33,479 nt of DNA from IMG/VR virus record IMGVR_UViG_3300029825_000030, positions 1 to 33,479 of that record; one strand, 5' to 3'. Source of the stretch: a virus. The position numbers and the translations under genes are program-made. The notes beneath the pieces are model-generated. The model did not search any database. It was not told where the DNA came from and saw only the letters and a list, made by a program, of their open reading frames with translations. Positions 24,648-31,891 of the stretch are shown here, piece by piece. How positions within the stretch are numbered: the first letter of the stretch is position 1; each line of letters opens with the position of its first letter.

Positions 24648-24742
24648 CCGATCACCGCCGCCGCCATCATCATCCAGAGCAGCCCGAGCGCCGTCACCAC
24701 GACCCCGAGCAGGAACCCCGCGGTGAACCAGAGCCCCCTCAC
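24644..24742 (-). CDS. 32-aa hydrophobic micro-ORF (single TM), translationally coupled between the methyltransferase and radical SAM genes
   Basis: Hand translation: VRGLWFTAGFLLGVVVTALGLLWMMMAAAVIG*. Its GTG overlaps the methyltransferase stop (GTGA) and its TGA overlaps the rSAM ATG (ATGA). Confidence 0.45.
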   Translation of the reverse strand: MRGLWFTAGFLLGVVVTALGLLWMMMAAAVIG

Positions 24743-25656
24743 GCTATCGCCCCCGTCTCGATCGCCGCGATCGCCGCGAAGATCGGATATGCCTGCTGCG
24801 GAACGACCGCGTTGCCGAGCGCTCTAAGTCGGTCCACCCGATGGGAAATCCCATCAGCCACTCGACCCACATCGGGTTCAGTGAGCCAGAGGCCCCCGAA
24901 CGGATCAGATCGCCAGGCAGGGAATCTCGGCTCCCCGCTCCCAGGGGCAGGGTTGCATTCTTCGCATCGTTCGCCGTAGGAGTTGAGAACATTTGAACCG
25001 CCGTCTGTAGGTTCAGCCCTCCGGTGCCGTGCTCCCCCGCTCCGGTGTGACAATTCGCGTGCGGAGTGGGATACATCCTCGCGGCGCCCACGAGGGTCGG
25101 TACTGGTTTGGATGGGTCGCCCCTCGAGTACTGATAGGCGTGCCCCTGGGCATCTGCCCGCGTCATCGTGGGCCACAACGAAGCACCGGTCCCGCATGTG
25201 CGGGGCACCGACGCCTGCAGCCGGAAATACGAGCGGTCGGCAGGCGTAACCTTCACGCTCCAGGTCAGCACACACATCGTCGAGCGCCATGCTGACGAAC
25301 CCAGCAACATTCTCTCCAACAATCCAAGTGGGCCGGGCGAGCCGCACCACGCGGAGCATTTCCGGCCAGAGATAGCGGTCATCCTCCGCGCCCTGGCGCT
25401 TCCCGGCAACGCTGAATGGCTGGCACGGGAACCCCCCGGAGAGAACGGTCGGCTGTGTAATACGGGCTCTCCTGAGAGCGTCTTCTGTGACATCCTCAAC
25501 ATTCCTCCATCGCGGTAGACGACCGAACCGCCGCCGCAACACCCGAAAAGGGTAATCAGCCCTCTCCACCTGCCCGACGGTGCGGAACCCCGCCCACTCG
25601 GCGGCGAGATCGAGCCCGCCGATGCCGCTGAAGAGGGAGAGGTGAGTGAGTGACAT
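24739..25656 (-). CDS. DNA (cytosine-5)-methyltransferase
   Basis: 305 aa with motif I LFSGIGG, motif IV GGFPCQPFS, motif VI ENV, motif VIII MRDRCFVV and motif X LGNAVVP. Confidence 0.92.
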   Translation of the reverse strand: MSLTHLSLFSGIGGLDLAAEWAGFRTVGQVERADYPFRVLRRRFGRLPRWRNVEDVTEDALRRARITQPTVLSGGFPCQPFSVAGKRQGAEDDRYLWPEMLRVVRLARPTWIVGENVAGFVSMALDDVCADLEREGYACRPLVFPAAGVGAPHMRDRCFVVAHDDAGRCPGARLSVLEGRPIQTSTDPRGRREDVSHSARELSHRSGGARHRRAEPTDGGSNVLNSYGERCEECNPAPGSGEPRFPAWRSDPFGGLWLTEPDVGRVADGISHRVDRLRALGNAVVPQQAYPIFAAIAAIETGAIA

Positions 25657-25802
25657 CAGACCGCCCCCTTGTCTCTCCCCTCTGCCAGGATCCGGTTCGC
25701 CCGGTGCGGTAGCGCCACGAGATCGATGTCCCGCTCAGGGAGGATGAGGGTGACCGGCAGCCCCTCAATGTCGAACACGACGAGCGCGTCGCCGGGCCTC
25801 AT
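25656..25802 (-). CDS. Hypothetical protein (48 aa from MRPGDALVVF)
   Basis: The ATG at 25800-25802 overlaps the upstream stop (ATGA), and its stop overlaps the methyltransferase ATG. Confidence 0.45.
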   Translation of the reverse strand: MRPGDALVVFDIEGLPVTLILPERDIDLVALPHRANRILAEGRDKGAV

Positions 25803-26200
25803 CGAATCGCCCCCATCCGGATCGTGCCGGCGCGGGGCACTGGGTCGGGGAGGATCTCCGACACCACGGCATCGAGCCACCTCTCGCCCGGGGCACGCGC
25901 CGCCATACGCGCAACCCCGGCAACCCTCGATCGGGTAACCGTAAATGCCCGCCCAGGGAGTGCATCAAACCAGAATACCGCACCCTTCCCTGTCGTCGAC
26001 AGCCTCGCCCGGCCGCGCTCTCTCGTCTCGTAGAGACCGAACCGCTGCGAGAGCGGTATCTGAGCCGTCCGCTCCTGGAGGAGCGCCGAGATATCAGAGA
26101 CCCCTGCCGCGAACCGGTAGGCCGTCTCACCGTCCCAGATCTCCAGGGCGACCGTACGGGTCTCGGATTCGGGGATGAGTTGGCCACAGTTCAGATACAT
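25799..26200 (-). CDS. Hypothetical protein (133 aa from MYLNCGQLIPE)
   Basis: I prefer the internal ATG at 26198-26200 because the track ORF's N-terminus would overlap the upstream gene by about 100 nt. Confidence 0.5.
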   Translation of the reverse strand: MYLNCGQLIPESETRTVALEIWDGETAYRFAAGVSDISALLQERTAQIPLSQRFGLYETRERGRARLSTTGKGAVFWFDALPGRAFTVTRSRVAGVARMAARAPGERWLDAVVSEILPDPVPRAGTIRMGAIR

Positions 26201-26568
26201 ACATCCCCCTCGGTTTCTCGCGCCCTCCGGGCCCTGAGTGTATCTCTCGGCCCTTTCGGGATTATCGTGATTCCAGCCCGGCGGAGCGCTTTCCACGCCG
26301 TGGCTTCGCTACACCCGGCTCTAGCCGCGATCTCCCGGGGAGCTAAGTACTCGCGAAGGTGCAGCTGTTTTAACGCCTCGTGGTCGCGTAGCAGAGGAAA
26401 CGTTGGGCGCGGAGTTGGGGCCTCGCCCCTCCTCCGCCACACCGCAGACGCCGCGTTATTGCACGACTTGCACCGCGCAGTGTGTCCGTCCGCCCGGTAT
26501 CGGTCGACGTGGAACTCATCAAGCGACTTGACCTTGCCGCACCCAGGACAACGCTTCGCCCCGGTCAC
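26191..26568 (-). CDS. Zinc-ribbon plus HTH DNA-binding protein
   Basis: CPGCG...CKSC followed by an HTH (PREIAARAGCSEATAWKALRRAGI). The C-terminal half is paralogous to the upstream 72-aa protein. Confidence 0.6.
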   Translation of the reverse strand: MTGAKRCPGCGKVKSLDEFHVDRYRADGHTARCKSCNNAASAVWRRRGEAPTPRPTFPLLRDHEALKQLHLREYLAPREIAARAGCSEATAWKALRRAGITIIPKGPRDTLRARRARETEGDVCI

Positions 26569-26783
26569 GCCTCCACCTCCCCCTCTTCGCGGGCACGCCG
26601 CGCCTGGAGTGCCGCCCGCATCAATTTCGGTAGCCTTGGCACCCCCGCCCGACGGAGCGCCCCATTTACCGCGCTCTCAGAGCACCCGATCACCTCGGCG
26701 ATCTCCTTTACGGATCGGAACTCCACGCCGTGCTGCTGCCGGAGCCACCCGGGATTGTGCAGCTCCGGGAACCTGCGACTCAT
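26565..26783 (-). CDS. HTH DNA-binding protein (72 aa), paralogue of the 26191-26568 C-terminal domain
   Basis: VKEIAEVIGCSESAVNGALRRAGV...LQARRAREE aligns with REIAARAGCSEATAWKALRRAGI...LRARRARE. Confidence 0.6.
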   Translation of the reverse strand: MSRRFPELHNPGWLRQQHGVEFRSVKEIAEVIGCSESAVNGALRRAGVPRLPKLMRAALQARRAREEGEVEA

Positions 26784-27607
26784 TCCGCGACCCTCCGGAG
26801 TTCGTCGAGCGCGAACACTCGGGCCGGCCCGGATCCCGGGAACAGTACCGAGGCGTGCTCCTTGCTGACGAATTCGACCTCCCCGATGCGGCCCGGCACC
26901 TCGACCAGGGCGACCCGGTCGCCGACGGCGATCGGCTCATACGCATCGATCGGCCGGTCGCACATCATGCCATCCATCAGATCCGCATGTAGCGCCCGGG
27001 CGTCACCATAGAGACCCTTGCTGTCCGGCTCCTCGCACTGTGTGACCGGGACCTGGTCGCCGGCGAAGTCGGGGAGGGGGCCGTCCGCTCCGTGCCGGCG
27101 CGGCCTGATCTTTTGGTAGTATCGGCTCTTGATCGCTGCATCGGTGCGGCTGGAGCCAGGGTACGCAGCCCGGTAGAGATGGATAGCCTCGGCCGGTGTC
27201 GAGGCCTCGTACATGGCCTCCTCCTGCTCCCGAGTCCACCCCCGAGCATCCAGATGCGCTTCATCCACCAGGGGTGATGCCTCGTAGACTGGCTCCTCCT
27301 CGGGCGTCGGCTCGACGAACTCCGGCGTCTCTGCGTCCTGCTCCTCCTGCTCGGCCTCGCAGACATCCCGCATCCTGGCGACCTCGGACATCGCGTAGCA
27401 GGCGCCCTTGACCGGGCAGAGGATCGCGGGGTCGTCGAGGTGCGGGCACCGCCCGTCGTCGTAGGAGTAGGTGCACCGATAGGGGGTGCCGTCCTCGTAA
27501 TGCACGCACGGGCCGCTCTCCTGCGGCCGGACGATCTCGGGGTCTCGCTGCACAGTTACTCCAAGCAGCGCCGCGACCTCGTCGACGTCGGCGATGATGA
27601 TGATCAC
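26780..27607 (-). CDS. Hypothetical Cys-rich/acidic protein (275 aa, GTG start)
   Basis: The GTG at 27605-27607 overlaps the RNA ligase stop (GTGA). The N-terminus is VIIIIADVDEV. Confidence 0.55.
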   Translation of the reverse strand: MIIIIADVDEVAALLGVTVQRDPEIVRPQESGPCVHYEDGTPYRCTYSYDDGRCPHLDDPAILCPVKGACYAMSEVARMRDVCEAEQEEQDAETPEFVEPTPEEEPVYEASPLVDEAHLDARGWTREQEEAMYEASTPAEAIHLYRAAYPGSSRTDAAIKSRYYQKIRPRRHGADGPLPDFAGDQVPVTQCEEPDSKGLYGDARALHADLMDGMMCDRPIDAYEPIAVGDRVALVEVPGRIGEVEFVSKEHASVLFPGSGPARVFALDELRRVAE

Positions 27608-27619
27608 GCGCTCGCCTCC
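27602..27619. repeat. 18-bp direct repeat gatcacgcgctcgcctcc, copy 1, at the 3' boundary of the RNA ligase gene
   Basis: Identical 18-mer at 28489-28506. Minus sense it reads GGAGGCGAGCGCGTGATC, encoding EASA*, an SD-like GGAGG and a GTG start. An additional shared 8-mer ATCGCCGA follows after 3-6 nt. Confidence 0.9.
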
Positions 27620-28494
27620 CGGAGATCCCGCACTCTCGCGAGATACCGAGGATAGAGATCCTTCGGATTCGCGCAGTTGTGCTTCCGGCACTCCTCAGCG
27701 ACGTATTGCGCCACAAGTGGCATGGCCTTCCGGACGTCGAAAAAGTCCGCGCCCAGGTCGGCATACGCCTTCTCGATCGCTCCCGAGACTTCTGAGTCAG
27801 GGAGCACCGGGAGCGTGACTGTGCCGGGGACTGTCATGCGCGGGATCTTTTCGAGTTTTGGCGTGTCGTGTTTCTCTTTGAAGTAGACAATCCCCCGCTT
27901 CGTGCCGGCGGCCTCGCCAGTGTTCCAGGGATTCTCATCCCAGACCTTCCCGACGACCCCTTCTTTCCCGCGCCTCTTTGCCTCGGCGAGCATCCGGTCC
28001 TTGAACTCAAAGAGCGCCTCGCGGGTGCTGACGTTGCAGGTGCCGATGAGCTCCACACACGGCAGGCCGACATGGTAGCACATCTGGTGCATCTGGGTGT
28101 AAGTCATAAACCGCCCGGCCCTCTGTGACCAGATGTCGAAGGCCACGAAGTGAGTGCGCTCGTGTGTCTCCATCCTCGTTGGGGACCTGCCTTTAACGCA
28201 GAGTTCCCCGAAGATCACATACTCGGAGTTCCAGTTTTGTGCGTCCTCAAGCAGATCGCGAACTGGATCAGCCTCGTCGGTGCTCAGGAAGTGTTTATGG
28301 AACTCTTCCGATGCAACCGGCATGTTGCGGGTGCGCAGAGCGAGGTCTCCGTCGGCGTTGAGTGCGACTCCCAGATTAGTTCCGTCCTCCTTGATCGTCC
28401 AGTAGATCTCCTTGCCGAGCACGATCTCCGGGTTCGGGCGCAGGAGCGGGATGCGGTCGAGGTGGGGGTATTTAATCTCGGCGATGTCGATCAC
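27604..28494 (-). CDS. ATP-dependent RNA ligase (covalent nucleotidyltransferase superfamily; DNA ligase not excluded)
   Basis: Motif I IKEDGTN, motif III YVIFGEL, motif IIIa FVAFDIW, motif IV EGVVGK and motif V VYFKEKH. I prefer the GTG start at 28492-28494 because it overlaps the upstream stop. The protein is 296 aa. Confidence 0.7.
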   Translation of the reverse strand: MIDIAEIKYPHLDRIPLLRPNPEIVLGKEIYWTIKEDGTNLGVALNADGDLALRTRNMPVASEEFHKHFLSTDEADPVRDLLEDAQNWNSEYVIFGELCVKGRSPTRMETHERTHFVAFDIWSQRAGRFMTYTQMHQMCYHVGLPCVELIGTCNVSTREALFEFKDRMLAEAKRRGKEGVVGKVWDENPWNTGEAAGTKRGIVYFKEKHDTPKLEKIPRMTVPGTVTLPVLPDSEVSGAIEKAYADLGADFFDVRKAMPLVAQYVAEECRKHNCANPKDLYPRYLARVRDLREASA

Positions 28495-28506
28495 GCGCTC
28501 GCCTCC
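28489..28506. repeat. 18-bp direct repeat gatcacgcgctcgcctcc, copy 2, at the 5' boundary of the RNA ligase gene
   Basis: Identical to 27602-27619. The two copies bracket the ligase ORF exactly. Confidence 0.9.
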
Positions 28507-29039
28507 GCCTGGCACTTCTTGCAGAGCGTTTTGCTCATGAACAACTGCGAGAGTTTCACCTGTGATTTTGGGACGGCCTCGCCGCACTTATCACAGATGC
28601 CGAAACTCTCTACCTGCTTCTGTACAGGGGCACTTAGTTTCACGACCCGTGCGACGGCCTCCGCTGCTTGCTCCTCCGCAGAGGGTGGTGTCGCGGGCAC
28701 GGCGTCCTGTTTCGCCGCCGCGTTCGCCTGCCGCGCGTCGTACGATGCTTTCGTGATCTTCGGCACCCACGTCCCCTTTTTCGGCACCGGGGCGGGCGCT
28801 TCCCGCTCCACCGGCCGCGCCTCCTCGGTCTGGACGAGCCGGGAGACGTATGCCCGGATCAGGGGCGCTGTGGTCTCGTCGGCCGAGTTCGCGACACCGA
28901 GCAACTGCCCGCACGCAAACGCGAATATGCCCCGCGCCTCGTCGGGGGTCGCTGCCTCGCCGGAGACGGTGAGCGCGAGCGACTCGTTGTTGCCGACGTT
29001 GACGAGCGCCGACCAGGAGACAGTTTTCGGGGCGGTCAT
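28491..29039 (-). CDS. Hypothetical protein with a C-terminal zinc ribbon (182 aa from MTAPKTV)
   Basis: The ATG at 29037-29039 overlaps the RecT stop (ATGA). It contains CDKCG...CKKC and sits in the recombination module. Confidence 0.55.
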   Translation of the reverse strand: MTAPKTVSWSALVNVGNNESLALTVSGEAATPDEARGIFAFACGQLLGVANSADETTAPLIRAYVSRLVQTEEARPVEREAPAPVPKKGTWVPKITKASYDARQANAAAKQDAVPATPPSAEEQAAEAVARVVKLSAPVQKQVESFGICDKCGEAVPKSQVKLSQLFMSKTLCKKCQAEASA

Positions 29040-29743
29040 TCCGATCCCTCCTGCTCCTGCTTGGCGTTCCACCACTCGCTGAAATGCTCGATGCAGAGCA
29101 CCCGGTCGGTGTGTGGCTTGGTCTTCTCCCGGATCTCCTCCGGCACCGGGATCCCGCAGACCTCGCACGTTGTCGGGGTCGCGGGCGGCATCTCGGAGAC
29201 ATAACGCGGCTCCGGTCGGTCGCCGGTGTCGATCTCCTCTGGGCTGTACAGGCCGCTGATGCCGAAAGCCCGGCGAAGGGCGTGAGACTCCGCGACCTTG
29301 GTGATCATCGTCTTCGGCTTCTCCCGCCAGAATTTCGTGACCTCACCCTGCTTGTTACGCTGGATGTACTCGGCGAATGGCACCTCGACGACGAACGGGT
29401 GCGACATATCCTTCCGGTAGACCTTGCACCAGCCGATGAGTTCGCCGTTCTCGTCCAGCCGGGTCCCGGACTCCATGCCGTCAAAATTACCGTTCCGGTG
29501 TGCGATCGCGATGAATCCATCCCTGCCGCAGAAAATCGCCGCCGGTGCGTTGGGATACTTGACCGCCCAGATCTGTTTTGCGAACGGGTCTAGGCCATAG
29601 GTCCGCGAGAGCTGCATCAACAGGAGGAACTCGTTATCGGTGCAGTCCCGGGCGCACATGTCCCGGATCAGCTGGATCTGCTGCTGATTGTACTGCGCCG
29701 GGACGATACCGCCGGCGCCAGTGGTCGCGGGGAGGTCTGACAT
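29036..29743 (-). CDS. recT: RecT-family single-strand annealing protein
   Basis: 235 aa from MSDLPATT. Pattern: QIQLIRDMCA...TDNEFLLLMQLSRTYGLDPFAKQIWAVKY...FCGRDGFIAIAHR...KPKTMITKVAESHALRRAFGISG, typical of RecT. Confidence 0.8.
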   Translation of the reverse strand: MSDLPATTGAGGIVPAQYNQQQIQLIRDMCARDCTDNEFLLLMQLSRTYGLDPFAKQIWAVKYPNAPAAIFCGRDGFIAIAHRNGNFDGMESGTRLDENGELIGWCKVYRKDMSHPFVVEVPFAEYIQRNKQGEVTKFWREKPKTMITKVAESHALRRAFGISGLYSPEEIDTGDRPEPRYVSEMPPATPTTCEVCGIPVPEEIREKTKPHTDRVLCIEHFSEWWNAKQEQEGSE

Positions 29744-30150
29744 CAGTCCACCTCCCGGGCCTCGACGGCGTCGCGGACGATGCGGGGGTTGTCGAGGTCG
29801 GGGATAATGCCCGCGACCATGACGCACGGCACATCCTCGGCCCCTTCTCGCGGCCGGCTGATCAGGAGCATCGGGGCGGTCGGACCCACGATCCCATAGT
29901 TCGGGTGGACGATCTGGATATCTGCCGAGCACGCCCCGGCGTCCTCAGAGTCCCCGAGAGGATAGAGTCGGGCGATCGCCGCATCGATCGCGTCACGGAG
30001 ATGCTGCAGGGAGTACTGGACCCCCAGGCACCCGCCTGAGAGCGTACCTATACCGATGACGCAAGACGGGGCCATTTCCACGATCTGAATCGAGCCCTCG
30101 ACTGTAGTGAGGGGTAGGGTGCGGCCAGCGGGCTGGAACTCGCTGCTCAT
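29743..30150 (-). CDS. Hypothetical protein (135 aa)
   Basis: ORF coupled to its neighbours by overlaps. Confidence 0.55.
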   Translation of the reverse strand: MSSEFQPAGRTLPLTTVEGSIQIVEMAPSCVIGIGTLSGGCLGVQYSLQHLRDAIDAAIARLYPLGDSEDAGACSADIQIVHPNYGIVGPTAPMLLISRPREGAEDVPCVMVAGIIPDLDNPRIVRDAVEAREVD

Positions 30151-30452
30151 TCCTCTCCCCCCTGCTCCTCGCGGCTGAGGTCGATCCCAAACTCAGAGAG
30201 CGACGTGCCCCGGTCGGACTCGATCCGGACCTCTAACTCTGCCTTGAGCGAGACGGGAGCATACACCACGGATACGTAGCGGCGCCCGGCCACCGCCAGG
30301 AAGAATCGCTGGAGTTTGTCACGAGCATCGATCACAGCCTCTTCGGGGCTCGCACCCTTGCCGGTGACCGGGTAACCCTTGATGTCGGCGACCCAGACCT
30401 CAGCATCATCGTTGTACTTTGCAGTGGTAGAGATGTGGATGAGGTCGATCAT
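30147..30452 (-). CDS. HicB/UPF0150-like fold protein (tentative)
   Basis: 101 aa. AEVWVADIKGYPVTGKGASPEEAVIDARDKL resembles the HicB-family N-domain pattern. No HicA partner was seen. Confidence 0.4.
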   Translation of the reverse strand: MIDLIHISTTAKYNDDAEVWVADIKGYPVTGKGASPEEAVIDARDKLQRFFLAVAGRRYVSVVYAPVSLKAELEVRIESDRGTSLSEFGIDLSREEQGGEE

Positions 30453-30892
30453 TCCACCGCCTCCGGGCGCTCATACTCGACACTGACGCCGATCTCTTTG
30501 ACCTCGACCTCGCAACAGTCATCTAGCGCGGATTTGCCAAGCAGCGCCTCGGCCTTGCCGATTGCGACCGTGCAGCACTCAACAAACGCCTCTGCACCGT
30601 GCTTGGCGAAAAACAGTTTCGGTACGACGGTGCGGGTTTTCCGGGTGCGGATCTTGAGGAGATAGTTTCCTATCTTGCTGATGCCTGCGGCTTTCGCCTG
30701 CTCGATGTAGGTCTGTCGCTCGTGCTCGCATCGGTCGATTTTGCGCCGGATTGCGATCACGTCTTCGCGGTCGTTGAACTCCTTCTCCAGCGCCTTGAGT
30801 TCGGCGCGATACTCATCCGCGCGAAGCCGGGCCATGAACGCCCGCTCCAGGACGTTGTCAGGGGCGCTCTGGCCGTCACAGTCACCGGCCAT
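30449..30892 (-). CDS. Coiled-coil protein; position and size are compatible with a Gam/Gp157-like recombination accessory protein
   Basis: 147 aa with an N-terminal coiled-coil (RADEYRAELKALEKEFNDREDVIAIRRKIDRCEHERQTYIEQAK). The functional call is speculative. Confidence 0.3.
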   Translation of the reverse strand: MAGDCDGQSAPDNVLERAFMARLRADEYRAELKALEKEFNDREDVIAIRRKIDRCEHERQTYIEQAKAAGISKIGNYLLKIRTRKTRTVVPKLFFAKHGAEAFVECCTVAIGKAEALLGKSALDDCCEVEVKEIGVSVEYERPEAVE

Positions 30893-31056
30893 CAGTCCGT
30901 CACCTCCGGCCGCCAGTCGTCGCAGACGCAGTGTTTGGACACGGGCATCCTGTCATGCCAGCTGCAGTAGTACCCGGCATTGATGCCGCTCCCGTGCCCC
31001 TCATCGCAGGTCGCGCAGCAGCGCTCTGCCGGGCGGTAATTCGGTGGAGAGGACAT
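30892..31056 (-). CDS. Small Cys-rich protein (54 aa from MSSPPNY)
   Basis: The ATG at 31054-31056 overlaps the upstream stop. It contains CCATC...C...CVC. Confidence 0.45.
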   Translation of the reverse strand: MSSPPNYRPAERCCATCDEGHGSGINAGYYCSWHDRMPVSKHCVCDDWRPEVTD

Positions 31057-31385
31057 CAGCACCGCCCCCGCTGCATCTCTTCGAGCACGTGCACCGGGAG
31101 GTCCTCGATGTGTCGGACCCGGTGGATCCGGCATTGCTCACGCAGAGTCGCGGCTCGCTCCTCGCGCATCGCATCCGCGCAGGCGGGGCAAACATCGCTG
31201 CTCTGTGTCTCGGCACCGCAGGAGCGGCACAGACGCGCCCGCCCGTGCAGGAGATCGTCGTTCGCCGGCGCGTTTTCGAGCGTGCGAACAAATATATTCT
31301 CAGAGGACGATACTCTTCTGTCGCCCGCGCCCTCTTGGGGGTTAGCGCGTCCGGATTGCGGGGCGGCACTCAAAATCTCACTCAT
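31056..31385 (-). CDS. Zinc-ribbon protein (109 aa)
   Basis: CRSCG...CPAC. Confidence 0.55.
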   Translation of the reverse strand: MSEILSAAPQSGRANPQEGAGDRRVSSSENIFVRTLENAPANDDLLHGRARLCRSCGAETQSSDVCPACADAMREERAATLREQCRIHRVRHIEDLPVHVLEEMQRGRC

Positions 31386-31530
31386 TTTCTCTCTCCTTGA
31401 TTCTGATCAGACCCTCGGATTTCAGGTAATCGCCGATTTTCAGCGGGAATCCGAGGGTGCGTTCGTATTCCGATTCAACAGCCCTGATAGCCTCCGGGCT
31501 GACTTCAAGCGGTTCTGGCTGGCAACTCAT
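31378..31530 (-). CDS. Hypothetical 50-aa protein, below the ORF-track cut-off
   Basis: Hand translation: MSCQPEPLEVSPEAIRAVESEYERTLGFPLKIGDYLKSEGLIRIKERENE*. It fills the gap between two genes. Confidence 0.4.
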   Translation of the reverse strand: MSCQPEPLEVSPEAIRAVESEYERTLGFPLKIGDYLKSEGLIRIKERENE

Positions 31531-31648
31531 AGCCAATCTCCTTCGCGAGTACTTTCCGGACCATGTCCGTGCGGCTCTCGTAGTCCCGCAATTTCCATGC
31601 TCTGTCGAGCACCTTTACCATATCAGGAGGCAGATAGACGTTCACCAT
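31505..31648 (-). CDS. Ribbon-helix-helix (CopG/Arc-like) regulator, first gene of the minus-strand early operon
   Basis: 47 aa from MVNVYLPPDMVKVLDRAWKLRDYESRTDMVRKVLAKEI (ATG 31646-31648), preceded by GGAGGG. The track's N-terminal extension runs into AT-rich promoter DNA. Confidence 0.65.
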   Translation of the reverse strand: MVNVYLPPDMVKVLDRAWKLRDYESRTDMVRKVLAKEIGYELPARTA

Positions 31649-31706
31649 CTTGAGCCCTCCCGACTGATTTTCCTTGTTCACGTATTCACCATAATACAAT
31701 ATGACA

Positions 31707-31721
31707 GTAGCATATATAAGC
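31707..31721 (-). promoter_or_regulatory. TATA-like box (minus sense GCTTATATATGCTAC) for the early minus-strand operon
   Basis: AT-rich motif about 65 nt upstream of the RHH gene ATG. Confidence 0.35.
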
Positions 31722-31744
31722 ATTGCTATTCTTAGTATTACGTG

Positions 31745-31756
31745 CATTATAGATAT
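31745..31756 (+). promoter_or_regulatory. TATA-like box (cattatagatat) about 25-30 nt upstream of the first CRISPR-repeat-like unit
   Basis: TTATAGATA at 31747-31755. The G-run at 31779 is at the expected TSS distance. The AT-rich ~130 bp upstream resembles a CRISPR leader. Confidence 0.35.
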
Positions 31757-31780
31757 TAGTAATATTACGGTGTTTTATGG

Positions 31781-31812
31781 GGCCGCACCCCCGCGGGTGC
31801 GTGGATTGAAAT
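31781..31812 (+). CRISPR. Solitary CRISPR repeat-like unit, type I-C-like (32 nt): GGCCGCACCCCCGCGGGTGCGTGGATTGAAAT
   Basis: 7-bp stem (31784-90 / 31795-801), a 4-nt loop and an 11-nt tail TGGATTGAAAT. The 3' 18 nt GGGTGCGTGGATTGAAAT match canonical I-C repeats as I remember them (GTCGCxCxC....GGGTGCGTGGATTGAAAT/C). Confidence 0.6.
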
Positions 31813-31831
31813 CATACTCTATTGACTCAGG

Positions 31832-31860
31832 ACAATTCCCCGGCCTCTGGGGATGAACCG
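31832..31860 (+). CRISPR. CRISPR repeat-like unit, type I-E-like (29 nt): ACAATTCCCCGGCCTCTGGGGATGAACCG
   Basis: Shows I-E architecture: TTCCCC stem, small loop, GGGGATGAACCG 3' end. Compare E. coli GAGTTCCCCGCGCCAGCGGGGATAAACCG and the many GC-rich I-E repeats ending GGGGATGAACCG. Confidence 0.55.
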
Positions 31861-31866
31861 ACATTG

Positions 31867-31884
31867 TACAACGAAAACGTTGTA
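31867..31884 (+). repeat. Hairpin tacaacg-aaaa-cgttgta inside the 31-nt inter-repeat segment
   Basis: Perfect 7-bp stem with a 4-nt loop. I could not assign it to any repeat family. Confidence 0.6.
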
Positions 31885-31891
31885 AGGTGCG

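Noticed and set aside
27604-28587. The RNA ligase starting at the ATG at 28587 (327 aa)
   Set aside because: That start would overlap the upstream gene by 97 nt and add an Arg/Gly-rich leader. The in-frame GTG at 28492-28494 forms a GTGA stop-start overlap and is preceded by GGAGG. The longer form cannot be excluded without proteomics.
31779-31812. A tRNA fragment or attP site, because gtggattgaaatc loosely resembles a T-arm
   Set aside because: There is no GTTCRANYC T-loop consensus, no acceptor-stem complement and no integrase gene anywhere in the genome. The match to the I-C repeat 3' end is much better.
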